NCBI GenBank assembly: GCA_963665665.1
Contig: OY762428.1
Span: 5,024,001 to 5,088,000, forward strand
Length of the DNA stretch: 64,000 nt
Direction of reading: 5' to 3'
Source of the DNA: Candidatus Kapaibacterium sp.
Lineage (GTDB): Bacteria; Bacteroidota; Ignavibacteria; Kapaibacteriales; UBA2268
Part shown: one piece after another, positions 8,994 through 18,887 of the stretch
Layout: each line of letters opens with the position of its first letter
Numbering within the stretch: the first letter of the stretch is position 1
Program-made: the position numbers and the translations under genes
Notes under the pieces: model-generated
Database searches by the model: none
Seen by the model: the letters and a program-made list of their open reading frames with translations, nothing else
What the model was told of the DNA's origin: nothing

Positions 8994-11240
8994 ATGTCTG
9001 ATATCGTAAAAGATGAACTCTACTCAGAAATCGAAGTGACCAAAGAAACAGCGATCGAGGTTGGGCTAACAGAAGAAGAATACGACAAAGTGCTTGAAAT
9101 AGTCGGCAGAACACCAACTTACACCGAAATAGGTGTTTACGGTGTTATGTGGAGCGAGCACTGCTCATACAAAAATTCAATAAAGCAATTAAAAACTTTA
9201 CCGAGGTCCGGTGGCAGGCTGCTCGTGGAAGCAGGAGAAGAAAATGCCGGGCTGGTTGATATTGGCGACGGATATGCCTGTGCATTTAAAATCGAAAGCC
9301 ATAACCACCCTTCGGCTATTGAACCATTTCAGGGCGCTGCAACAGGTGTAGGGGGAATCTTAAGAGATATATTCACAATGGGAGCCAGGCCGATTGCGGC
9401 TCTTAACTCATTACGTTTCGGCGAACTTGATAATGAAAGAACAAAGTTCCTGCTCCGTGGTGTAGTTGAAGGTATAAGCCATTACGGTAATTCATTCGGT
9501 GTTCCTACAGTTGGCGGTGAAGTTTACTTCCAGCATTGCTATCATGATAATCCCCTGGTTAATGCTATGGCTGTTGGTATTGTGCCGGTTGATAAAACAG
9601 CATCTGCCACTGCTGACGGCCCCGGGAACCCTGTAATGATAGTAGGCAGCAGAACCGGACGCGACGGAATCCATGGCGCATCATTGCTGGCTTCACGTGA
9701 GTTTGACGAGAAAACCGAAGATATGCGGCCCACAGTTCAGGTTGGCGATCCGTTCGCAGAAAAAATGCTTCTCGAAGCAACCCTGGAATTAATTGAAGCC
9801 GGCGTGGTTGTTGGTATTCAGGATATGGGTGCCGCCGGTATTTCATGTTCCACTTCCGAGATGAGTGCGAGAATTGACAAAATCGGTATGGAAGTCGATC
9901 TTGATCTTGTTCCTTTGCGTGAAGATGATATGACTGCCTATGAAATCATGCTTTCGGAATCGCAGGAAAGAATGCTTGCTGTTATTGATAAAGATAAAGT
10001 AGATGAAGCTATTAAAATTTGTGAAAAATGGGATGTTCCCATGAAACAAATCGGACATGTAACTGGTGACGGCTTTATTCACGTTCACAGAAACGGCAGG
10101 AAAGTTTGCAAGCTGAATGCTGAATCCCTCGTTCTTGGAGGAGGAGCCCCGGTTTACGATCCACCGGCAAAAGAACCTGAATATTTAAAGAAAACAAGAG
10201 CTTTCGATTTAAACTCAATCGATAAATCACAGGATTTGAAAGAAGTATTCACAAAGCTTATTTCGTCCCCGACAATTGCATCAAAAAAATGGGTTTACGA
10301 GCAGTATGATTCTCAGGTAAGAACCAACACAGTTACAATTAAAGGCGATGCCGCTATTATGAGGGTAAAAGAACTTCCCGGCAAAGGACTTGCTGTTTGT
10401 ACGGACTGTAACAGCCGTTTCAGCTATCTGAATCCATATCGCGGAGGTTTATCAGCCGTTATGGAATCGGCAAGAAATGTTGTTTGTGTAGGAGCGGAGC
10501 CTGTTGCCATCACTAATTGCCTGAATTTCGGCAACCCTTATGACCCGGAAATTTACTGGCAGTTCAAGGAAGTTATCCGCGGTATGGGCGATGCATGCCG
10601 AGCAATGGACACACCTGTTACCGGCGGTAATGTAAGCTTTCACAATGAATCACAAAACCTTGCTGTGTTCCCGACACCCACAATAGGTATGCTTGGCGTT
10701 ATTGAAGATATGAACAAAACAATGAGCCAAGAATTTAAAAATGAGGGCGATCATATTTACCTTATCGGTAATAACAGGCAGGAACTTGGCGGTTCGGAAT
10801 ACCTTAAAATCATTCACGGTACTGTAAACGGTGAAGCCCCGGAAATCAATATTGATGAAGAGATCAGGCTCCACAAAGTAACACTTAATGCAATTAAAAA
10901 CGGACTTATAAATTCAGCCCATGATTGCAGCGAAGGTGGCATTGCCATAACACTGGCAGAAAAATCTATTGCATCAAAGGGCCTCGGCGCTGATGTTGAA
11001 CTGCCTGCCGGAGCTTCTGTTGACAGTCTGTTCGGCGAATCACAATCCAGGATAATCGTAACGGTCAGCCCGGATAAAGCAGGTGAGTTTGAAGCAATTT
11101 GCAAAGATGGCCGGGTTGAATTATTTAAACTTGGATATGTAATTAAAGACGAATTGAAAATAAAAGATGCTTTTGATATTAAAGTATCAGAGATAAATTC
11201 AATTTATGAAAATGTAATTCCCGGTATTATGGGTGAATAA
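8994..11240 (+). CDS. purL: Phosphoribosylformylglycinamidine synthase subunit PurL
   Basis: MWSEHCSYK, KIESHNHPS, GAATGVGGILRD, QDMGAAG, MLSESQERM. Confidence 0.98.
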   Translation: MSDIVKDELYSEIEVTKETAIEVGLTEEEYDKVLEIVGRTPTYTEIGVYGVMWSEHCSYKNSIKQLKTLPRSGGRLLVEAGEENAGLVDIGDGYACAFKIESHNHPSAIEPFQGAATGVGGILRDIFTMGARPIAALNSLRFGELDNERTKFLLRGVVEGISHYGNSFGVPTVGGEVYFQHCYHDNPLVNAMAVGIVPVDKTASATADGPGNPVMIVGSRTGRDGIHGASLLASREFDEKTEDMRPTVQVGDPFAEKMLLEATLELIEAGVVVGIQDMGAAGISCSTSEMSARIDKIGMEVDLDLVPLREDDMTAYEIMLSESQERMLAVIDKDKVDEAIKICEKWDVPMKQIGHVTGDGFIHVHRNGRKVCKLNAESLVLGGGAPVYDPPAKEPEYLKKTRAFDLNSIDKSQDLKEVFTKLISSPTIASKKWVYEQYDSQVRTNTVTIKGDAAIMRVKELPGKGLAVCTDCNSRFSYLNPYRGGLSAVMESARNVVCVGAEPVAITNCLNFGNPYDPEIYWQFKEVIRGMGDACRAMDTPVTGGNVSFHNESQNLAVFPTPTIGMLGVIEDMNKTMSQEFKNEGDHIYLIGNNRQELGGSEYLKIIHGTVNGEAPEINIDEEIRLHKVTLNAIKNGLINSAHDCSEGGIAITLAEKSIASKGLGADVELPAGASVDSLFGESQSRIIVTVSPDKAGEFEAICKDGRVELFKLGYVIKDELKIKDAFDIKVSEINSIYENVIPGIMGE

Positions 11241-11454
11241 TATTATTTATTTATGGTGATGTCTCATTTATCAAATTTTTTGAGATTTATCCTTTTGAGT
11301 CTGCCTATAAAAGCCGGCTTTTACAATTAGGAAATGACATTTAAAAACTGATCGTCGGGATCTCCGTATCCCGGCGAACAGTGAAAGCTTGGATTTCCCA
11401 ATCCTTTTTACTTTCGTATTGGCCAGCCGAAAAAGCATCGGAATTATTTAAAAA

Positions 11455-11705
11455 AGCTCCGTAGGAGCGACATAATCTTTTGCCAATGTCGCCCCGACGG
11501 GGGTGTCCGAAGGCCGGGGGTGGATTTCCGGAAAATTCCCCTCGTTGAGGGGTGGCGAGCACAGCGAGACGGGGTGGATTCTTTTTCCGATTGAAGTTAT
11601 TATAGTTGGCGGGTGTCATCCTGAGCGAAGCGAAGGATCCATTCTTTATGCATCAGCTACTAAAGAAGATGGATTCTTCTGTCGCTTCGCTCCGTCAGAA
11701 TGACA
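11455..11705. repeat. Cluster of REP-like palindromic elements (left)
   Basis: agctccgtaggagcgacat...atgtcgccccgacgggg doublet; cccctcgttgaggggtggc...gacggggtgg; doublet tgtcatcctgagcgaagcgaaggatcc...ggattcttctgtcgcttcgctccgtcagaatgaca. Confidence 0.8.
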
Positions 11706-11944
11706 ACATAATCGCCTCATGCTTTTGCTCTGTTTACCCGTTCTTCCACCCCAATGAACAGGACGTCGGCCTTAATTCCCTATCCTGTGGTTTCAATGAA
11801 TCGGATAATTTCCTAACTTCAATGCTGTTTTGAACCAGAATCCTGATGTTTGGGCTAAATGCTTTGTTGGCAGAGCTTTAAACTGCCTTGGCCGGTGGTA
11901 TTGAACTACTGTTTGGCCTTAATGTAGTGAAATTTGGCCTCATT

Positions 11945-12280
11945 CCACGCTTGTTTGACCTTATCCCACGCTTGTTTGACCTTATCCCACGCTTGTTTGA
12001 CCTTATCCCACGCTTGTTTGACCTTATCCCACGCTTGTTTGACTTTATCCCACGCTTGTTTGACTTTATTCCACGCTTGTTTGACTTTATCCCACGCTTG
12101 TTTGACTTTATTCCACGCTTGTTTGACTTTATCCCACGCTTGTTTGACTTTATCCCACGCTTGTTTGACTTTATTCCACGCTTGTTTGACTTTATTCCAC
12201 GCTTGTTTGGCCTCATCCCACGCTTGTTTGACTTTATCCCACGCTTGTTTGACTTCATCCCACGCTTGTTTGACATTATT
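11945..12280. repeat. 21-bp tandem array, 16 near-identical copies (ccacgcttgtttgacYttatY)
   Basis: Counted directly; degenerate in-phase units extend left to about 11756. Confidence 0.97.
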
Positions 12281-12290
12281 GAACATGTTC

Positions 12291-12584
12291 TTTGCCTCCG
12301 AACAAGAGTTCAATGCCTTCAAACAAGGCAGCAATATCATCAAACATCGCTGCAATAGTGTCGACCAAGAGTTCATTATCATCAAACATCGCTGCAATAG
12401 CTTCAAACAAGAGTTCATTATCATCAAACATCGGTGCATCGATTTGGAACAAGGCAGCAATGAAGCCAAACATTGCTGCAATAGCTTCAAACAAGAGTTC
12501 ATTATCTTCAAACAAGGCGGCAATGACTCCGAACAAGGCATCAATAACTCCGAACAAGGAAACAATAGAATCAAACATCGGTGC
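12291..12584. repeat. Degenerate 21-bp tandem array, 14 units, inverted relative to 11945-12280
   Basis: Units such as aatagcttcaaacaagagttc / attatcatcaaacatcgctgc with a fixed aaca core; the core is the reverse complement of cttgtttga in the left array. Confidence 0.9.
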
Positions 12585-12600
12585 TTTGCTTTCGACCCTT

Positions 12601-13000
12601 CCTACCTCCCCCCGGCCACATCCTTCGGAAGAAGGGGGAGTTAATTCTATGATATTTAATTTCTTATCCCCTCCTCGGGGAGGAGGGGAATACAGGGGAG
12701 GTTTTCTTTCTTTGCTTCCGACCAGGGCATTATTATCCACAAGCTAAAGCACGTGGCTATCGAATTTGACGATGGTAAGGCTGGGATCTCATTCTGAGCG
12801 CCAGCGAAGAATCCATTCCTAATACATTATCTGGCGAACAAAGATGGATTCTTTTTCGGGCAACCACAAGGGTTGCCCCTACGATGCCCCCTCATTACGA
12901 ACTTGTACTTCGTAATGCAATTTTCATTTGAAGTTATGCTTCTCTATTTCAAAGTAAAACTTTGTGGGAATAATCCTTCCCAGGTACAACCTGGGAAGGA
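12601..13000. repeat. Cluster of REP-like palindromic elements (right)
   Basis: cccctcctcggggaggagggg; ccacaagctaaagcacgtggcta; tcattctgagcgccagcgaagaatcc; cgggcaaccacaagggttgcccctac (GTAG-type on the minus strand); cattacgaa...ttcgtaatg; tccttcccagg...cctgggaagga. Confidence 0.8.
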
Positions 13001-13085
13001 GAGAAATCAGAATGGAATTTAACAGTACTCGTCCGGCTTCTCACGAACCTGTTCCGCCATTTCAATCTTTATTTTTTAATAAATA

Positions 13086-13472
13086 TTAGATCTTTATCTC
13101 GCAAACCGGGCTGATTTCCATGGGGTCATGCCCACGTTTGAATATCCTGGCACCTGTGCTGCCTTTCAACAGCATTTTTTCTCCTTCCACGTGAACCATA
13201 CATCCCTCGCGCAGTCCTATTATTGGCGTTTCGTTGAATACCATGTATTCTTTAAGCCTTGTTTCTCTTGTTTCACCTTTATGGGTTGAGTTCGGGTCCG
13301 GATCCAGGTAGTGTGCATTTATCTGATAGGGAAATACATTAATTGCATTAAAATTATTCAATTGTTTAACGGGCATATCGTTAGTAGTCATTATAGTCGG
13401 GCAGGCCACGTTAGAACCTGCACTTGTTCCGATATACGGCATTCCGTTCTCGATTTTTTCCCTGACAGGCAA
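13086..13472 (-). pseudogene. pepE: Dipeptidase E (peptidase S51), 5'-truncated
   Basis: YIGTSAGSNVA, TTNDMP, QINAHY, HKGETRETRL, IGLREG; roughly the N-terminal 100 aa are missing and replaced by IS sequence. Confidence 0.88.
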
Positions 13473-13776
13473 GATGTATTCCTTCTACTTCACGGAGCGA
13501 TGTACAACCGCTGAGTGTTGCTAGTATCATTATGAATAGATGATCATAGGTTTTAAAAGATTTGTAATAATGATCGCTTTTGTGTTTCTTAGCTGTACGG
13601 TAAATAACCTTATGATCAATATATTTCAGTATTTGTTTTATTACTGGAATTCCGGAAAATTTTGTAGATTTGTTCATGGTTACATTTCTGATGGTTCGCA
13701 AAACTAAATTTCTCAAATGTAATCATTGGGGAGATTTTTTCTCCCCTTTTTTTATTTTTTTTCCCGGACACTGATA
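13455..13776 (-). mobile_element. IS4-family (DUF4372-type) element remnant: left end plus the first ~74 codons of the transposase
   Basis: MNKSTKFSGIPVIKQIL...SDHYYKSFKTYDHL...CTSLREV starting at 13677; terminal IR-like TATCAGTGTCCGGGAAAA begins at 13776; no DDE domain or right end. Confidence 0.85.
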
Positions 13777-13948
13777 ATTTGTAATTAGAAACATATCCCA
13801 CCCGGAAGGATGTGCATTTAAAAGAAAGGGAATACCAGAACAAAAAATACAAATATTCAGGGAATAAAACTGCAAAATTTGCAATATTATTATTGCAAAC
13901 TTGTTAGTAAATTTGGGAAAATGAATAACGCTATGGAATATCGATAAT

Positions 13949-14596
13949 ATGGATGATAAATTAAAAAATTTCCTAAGGAAAAGGCTGAACGAAAAACTTC
14001 CGGGACTTAACGCGCAAAAAATTATGGCCCCGGTTTCGGACAATGAAGATTTCCGCCCGTTCGTACCGAGAGATGATGCTAAGCGATCGGCTGTATTATT
14101 GCTGCTGTGCAGGGTGGATGATGAATTGAAGGTATTGCTGACTCTGCGCTCGGATAAACTTAATAGCCACAGGGGGCAGATCAGCTTTCCGGGCGGCAGA
14201 AAAGAAAACGGGGAAAGGCCCGTGGAAACAGCCCTGAGGGAAACATTCGAGGAAGTAGGAATAGCTCCGGATAAGATTGAAATTCTTGGCAGATTGTCCG
14301 ACTTGTATATTCCTCCGTCCAATTCAATTGTGAGCCCGGTTGTGGGGTATATCGGGAATACTGGAGAACTAAAAATCAACCCGTCGGAAGTTGAAGAAGC
14401 ATTTTATATTGATATTGATTTTCTTGCGAATCCCGGCAATAGGAAAACAGAAACATGGGATTTTGATGGAATAAAAGCAGATATACCACTCTGGGATGCA
14501 GGAAAGAAAGTTCCTTTGTGGGGAGCAACAGCTATGATGCTGTCAGAATTTTTAACAATATATAAAGAATTTGAAGAAGTCGGTATATTAAAGTAA
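13949..14596 (+). CDS. Nudix hydrolase, CoA pyrophosphatase subfamily
   Basis: LLTLRS..LNSHRGQISFPGG, ETALRETFEEVG Nudix box, LWGATA. Confidence 0.94.
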   Translation: MDDKLKNFLRKRLNEKLPGLNAQKIMAPVSDNEDFRPFVPRDDAKRSAVLLLLCRVDDELKVLLTLRSDKLNSHRGQISFPGGRKENGERPVETALRETFEEVGIAPDKIEILGRLSDLYIPPSNSIVSPVVGYIGNTGELKINPSEVEEAFYIDIDFLANPGNRKTETWDFDGIKADIPLWDAGKKVPLWGATAMMLSEFLTIYKEFEEVGILK

Positions 14597-14629
14597 TTTT
14601 GTTCTTTTATGATAAACGGCAAAAAAATA

Positions 14630-15979
14630 ATGAATTTAAAAAAGATACCCTTGTCAATGGATTTTCCCCAGTTCAAATTTCCTGCATATACAAAAGCAAC
14701 AACTGATGCAGGCCATACATTCTATAAATTTCATGATCCTGATTCTGCCCTCGTCTCCGTTAGAATTGGCTTTGCAGGCGGAGCCTATTACGAGCATATT
14801 CCCGGCCTTGCCGGCTTTTCAGCCAAGATGCTTACAAACGGAACAAAAAATCGCCCTGCTGTGGAGATCAGCACGGCAACAGAATCACTCGGAGCCAGCA
14901 TAAATGCCACAGCCCAGTGGGATAAGGCCTATATTGGTGCAACATCCCTCGCAAAATATATTGTGCCGGTTTTGGATATTATGGAAGATTGCTTCCTGAA
15001 TGCTGCTTTCAGCGATGATGAAATCGAAAGGCAGAGAAATATCCATCTTGCGGCTATAAGGGAAGAACAGTCAGAGCCACAGTTCCTTGCCAAATATGCT
15101 TTCAATACGGGAATGTACCGCAATCATCCGTTCGGGCATCCCGTAGCCGGAACAATTAAATCCATATCGTCATTGAAAAGGGAAGATATACTGCAATGGT
15201 ACAGAGACAGAATAATATCAGGGCCTCTGTCTGTTTTTATAAGCGGTAATATAGAAAATTGCGGTATAGATGATAAGATGAATCATATTCTTAAAAATAT
15301 TAGTTCAAAACAGAATAATGATGAATTGATAACTACATCTCATGCCGGCAAAACTTCAAGCTATATCCTGAATAAGTCAGGGGCCGTACAGACAACCCTT
15401 AGGGTTGGAATGAAAACAATTGACGTAGGCGACAAGAATTTTATTCCCTTGCAGATGGCCAACGTTGTTCTCGGCGGATATTTCCAGTCAAGGCTCAACC
15501 AGGTGTTGCGGCAGGAAAAGGGATATACCTACGGCGTGTATTCATCAATTATTACACGCAGAGCAGGATCAGAGCTTTCAATAGGCTGTGATATTAACGA
15601 AGGGGCAACAAATGAATCTGTACGGATAATTTTTGATGAGCTTGACCGCATGAAAACTGAAATTATTCCCTCAGATGAGTTCAATAAAGCAAAGCAGTAT
15701 TTTCTTGGTTCATTTGCCAGGCGGCTTGAAACTCCACAGCAGGTTATTACACTGCTGCAGACCATTGATAATTTTGAACTGGAGGCTGACTATTATGACA
15801 TACTATTTTCCAAAATTTCAAAATTGACTCCCGAAGAAGTCTTCGAAGCCCAAAAGCGAAACTTTGGTTCTGATAATATTATTATTGGTGCAAGCGGAAA
15901 CGTTGAAAAATTAGAGAATGCCCTTAAAGATTATGGGGAAGTGAATGTATTGGATATTGATAAAATTAATAATGCCTGA
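14630..15979 (+). CDS. M16 family peptidase-like protein (non-catalytic type)
   Basis: PGLA..MLTNGTKNR, HPFGHPVAGT, SRLNQVLRQEKGYTYG; HXXEH motif absent. Confidence 0.88.
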   Translation: MNLKKIPLSMDFPQFKFPAYTKATTDAGHTFYKFHDPDSALVSVRIGFAGGAYYEHIPGLAGFSAKMLTNGTKNRPAVEISTATESLGASINATAQWDKAYIGATSLAKYIVPVLDIMEDCFLNAAFSDDEIERQRNIHLAAIREEQSEPQFLAKYAFNTGMYRNHPFGHPVAGTIKSISSLKREDILQWYRDRIISGPLSVFISGNIENCGIDDKMNHILKNISSKQNNDELITTSHAGKTSSYILNKSGAVQTTLRVGMKTIDVGDKNFIPLQMANVVLGGYFQSRLNQVLRQEKGYTYGVYSSIITRRAGSELSIGCDINEGATNESVRIIFDELDRMKTEIIPSDEFNKAKQYFLGSFARRLETPQQVITLLQTIDNFELEADYYDILFSKISKLTPEEVFEAQKRNFGSDNIIIGASGNVEKLENALKDYGEVNVLDIDKINNA

Positions 15980-16104
15980 TTTTCCATTTTCGGTAAAAAT
16001 GGCTAATTTTGTTTTTTGCATCCTGAGGAAATAATCTGCGTATAACTAATACGTCAGAAATTTGGTTTGAATTTAAAATTATTATAAAATATTGAAGAAG
16101 TAAA

Positions 16105-17091
16105 ATGAGCAACGGGAAAGATACAGAGAAACTTAAGGATTTTTCCAAAGCGATTGAAAAAGTTAAAAAAGAGATCGGTAAAGTTATTATCGGGCAGAAT
16201 GAAATTATTGATGAATTACTGATATCATTATTTTCAAAAGGACATTGTCTGCTGATCGGTGTGCCGGGGCTGGCGAAAACTCTGCTGATCAGAACAATAG
16301 CAGAAGCTCTTGACCTGAAATTCAGCCGAATTCAGTTCACTCCGGACCTGATGCCGGGTGATATTACCGGAACCGAAATTATCCAGGAAAATATCACAAC
16401 TCATCGTAAGGATTTCACATTCGTGAAAGGGCCGGTTTTCGCTAATATCGTTCTTGCTGACGAGGTAAACCGTACTCCGCCGAAAACACAGTCGGCCCTG
16501 CTTGAAGCCATGCAGGAAAATGAAGTAACAGCAGCAGGCACTACTTACAAACTGGAACAGCCTTTCTTCGTGCTGGCAACACAGAATCCTATTGAACAGG
16601 AGGGAACCTATCCGCTTCCCGAAGCACAGTTGGACAGGTTTATGTTCAATATCTGGCTGGATTACCCGAGCCTGGATGAAGAAAAAGAAATAGTTAAGTC
16701 AACTACCTCGGAATATGTTCCCAAAGTTGAGAAAGTTCTTACGGGAGCCGAGATCATTGATTTTCAGGAACTGATTCGCAGGATCCCTGTGGCCGACAAT
16801 GTTATTGATTTTGCCGTAAAACTTGTACGCGCCACAAGGCCGAACGGCGACGATTCCAAAGTTATCAAAGATTATATCAGCTATGGCGCCGGCCCGAGAG
16901 CTTCGCAATACCTGATACTTGGCGCAAAAACAAGGGCCGCTGTAAACGGACGATACACGCCTGATATTGACGATGTCAGGGCTGTGGCTCCTTCCGTACT
17001 CAGGCACAGGATCGTTACCAGCTTCAATGCCGAAGCCGATAATGTGAGTGCAAATGAGATTATCTCAAGGCTTCTGAAAGAAGTTAAATAG
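16105..17091 (+). CDS. moxR: MoxR family AAA+ ATPase
   Basis: GVPGLAKT, RIQFTPDLMPGD, LADEVNRTPPKTQSALLEAM, PLPEAQLDRF. Confidence 0.96.
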   Translation: MSNGKDTEKLKDFSKAIEKVKKEIGKVIIGQNEIIDELLISLFSKGHCLLIGVPGLAKTLLIRTIAEALDLKFSRIQFTPDLMPGDITGTEIIQENITTHRKDFTFVKGPVFANIVLADEVNRTPPKTQSALLEAMQENEVTAAGTTYKLEQPFFVLATQNPIEQEGTYPLPEAQLDRFMFNIWLDYPSLDEEKEIVKSTTSEYVPKVEKVLTGAEIIDFQELIRRIPVADNVIDFAVKLVRATRPNGDDSKVIKDYISYGAGPRASQYLILGAKTRAAVNGRYTPDIDDVRAVAPSVLRHRIVTSFNAEADNVSANEIISRLLKEVK

Positions 17092-17116
17092 GGTAGAGGC
17101 TATTATATTTATTATT

Positions 17117-17147
17117 AAATCCGATCGTTATCTGATCGGATTTTTTT
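17117..17147 (+). terminator. Intrinsic terminator after moxR
   Basis: aaatccgatc-7nt-gatcggattt followed by a T-run. Confidence 0.8.
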
Positions 17148-17279
17148 GTAGCTAGCAATAATATAGAATATAGCTCAAAAATAATAAAATCCGAGCTTTA
17201 AATTGATAGGAATTGAGCTTGTATTCAATTGTTATAATTTTTTCATATATTTGTGAATTGAATTATATTTTAATCAGGG

Positions 17280-18236
17280 ATGTCAATGAAAATTAAAATG
17301 ATAATATTATTAATCACTTTTGCTTATGCATCAGGTTTTGCTCTTGAAATTGATAATACAATTCCCCTTTATGCAAATTGGCATATTGGAGACAAGTTTA
17401 AATTCAAGGTTACAAAAATTAAGCAATTATATCAGGGTGAGCAATTGGTTCGTAATGATACTTCCTCATATATAACTAATTTTCTAGTATCAGATTCAAC
17501 AGAAAATGAGTTTACTGTTAATTGGAAATATCAAACATCTTTGTCGAATTATAATATTCCCGAAAGTTTATCTGAAAAGTTTGCCAAGTATAAATTTACA
17601 GAAGTAGTTTATAAAACAGGTTCTTTAGGTGAATTCCTTGGAATTGAAAATTGGAAGGAAATTTCCGAAATGATGACCGGGCTTTTCTCTGATTTAATTG
17701 ATTATATGGCAGATAATGATAAGCCTGGTATGGATAAGGAATCATTAAAAAAATCATTACAACCCTTAAGCCAAATATACAGCACCCGGCAGGGATTGGA
17801 ATTGCTTGTTTTCAAAGAACTTCAGGTTTTTCATTATCCATACGGATTGTCATACTTAGAAGCTGATACGATTGCTTATGAAGAACAATTACCAAATATG
17901 TTTGGGGGAGACCCGATCAGAGGCGATGTGCTTTTGTTTGTAAAAAGTGTGGATAAAGAAAATTCAGAAATTGTTCTTAAACAGGAGATGCGTCTGAATC
18001 CGGACGATGTAAATGATATGATAAATTCTGTGTTACAAAGAATGAACTTACCCGCTGACGAATTAGAAAAATCTTTGAAATCATCAGAACTTGAAATTAC
18101 TGACGATAATTTTTTCAACTTTAACTATGAAAAAGGAATACCAAATTCTATCGTGACAGAAAGAAACATTGTTAGTAATATAAATAATCAAAATGGGAAA
18201 AGGATTGAAATAACAAAAATTGAATTGATTAATTAA
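17280..18236 (+). CDS. Hypothetical exported protein
   Basis: 318-aa ORF with a Sec signal peptide; no family recognised. Confidence 0.8.
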   Translation: MSMKIKMIILLITFAYASGFALEIDNTIPLYANWHIGDKFKFKVTKIKQLYQGEQLVRNDTSSYITNFLVSDSTENEFTVNWKYQTSLSNYNIPESLSEKFAKYKFTEVVYKTGSLGEFLGIENWKEISEMMTGLFSDLIDYMADNDKPGMDKESLKKSLQPLSQIYSTRQGLELLVFKELQVFHYPYGLSYLEADTIAYEEQLPNMFGGDPIRGDVLLFVKSVDKENSEIVLKQEMRLNPDDVNDMINSVLQRMNLPADELEKSLKSSELEITDDNFFNFNYEKGIPNSIVTERNIVSNINNQNGKRIEITKIELIN

Positions 18237-18281
18237 TATCGAGAATTAGATGGATATAGATTTTATTTATTAGCTCGATAA

Positions 18282-18887
18282 TTATATTTTGAATAGATCA
18301 TCGATTTGTTCTCTGAAATGCCGGAAACTTTTTGAATGCGAATCTAAAAATTCCGGATCCCAATTCTCTAATATTTTTGAAACTATCCTGTTTCTTTTAA
18401 TAGCGCCTTTAGCATCTTGATAAATTTTTAATTTTGCTTTTGGCTTTGGTTCTTTTTCCAGTTTTTTCGTATTTGCTTTCGGATCATTTTCCTGCTTCAT
18501 TTTCAAATACCATAGCCAATGCTCAATACATTGTACTGGAATGAATATTATTGTTCGAATATCGATTCTTGCTTCTTCAATTTTATCCCTAAAAAAAGCC
18601 AGGTTTTCATTAAATTTCTTATCTTCAAATCCGTCACAATCGACCCCAATGAACATCAGATCGATATTATACTGAGATTGAGCGATCTTTAACATAGTCA
18701 AAAATTTCTTTTTTACTTCAGTCTTTGAATTGTTTTTATTGCCTATAGCAGATTGAAAAGAAGGATTTGGTTTTAACTCAAATGAAAAATTTTGAAATTC
18801 CTTTATATTTAATCTTTCTATATAACTGTGGACGAAAAGTCTCATCGGGTCGTCTTCGCAATAAATACCATAGGTTTTAGATGTCAT
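18282..18887 (-). CDS. DUF4276/TOPRIM-like protein
   Basis: GIYCEDD (TOPRIM Glu), FIGVDCDG (DxD), IPVQCIEHW; ATG at 18887 overlaps the end of the ATPase gene. Confidence 0.7.
   Translation of the reverse strand: MTSKTYGIYCEDDPMRLFVHSYIERLNIKEFQNFSFELKPNPSFQSAIGNKNNSKTEVKKKFLTMLKIAQSQYNIDLMFIGVDCDGFEDKKFNENLAFFRDKIEEARIDIRTIIFIPVQCIEHWLWYLKMKQENDPKANTKKLEKEPKPKAKLKIYQDAKGAIKRNRIVSKILENWDPEFLDSHSKSFRHFREQIDDLFKI

Noticed and set aside
11341-11833. Short ORFs downstream of purL
   Set aside because: They are translations of GC-rich REP-like palindromes
11945-12584. CRISPR array
   Set aside because: Units are contiguous 21-mers without unique spacers, and there are no cas genes in the window
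11878-12747. Six overlapping ORFs as annotated genes
   Set aside because: Openness in all frames follows from a stop-free 21-bp unit; no RBS or family evidence, so kept only as a hypothesis in findings
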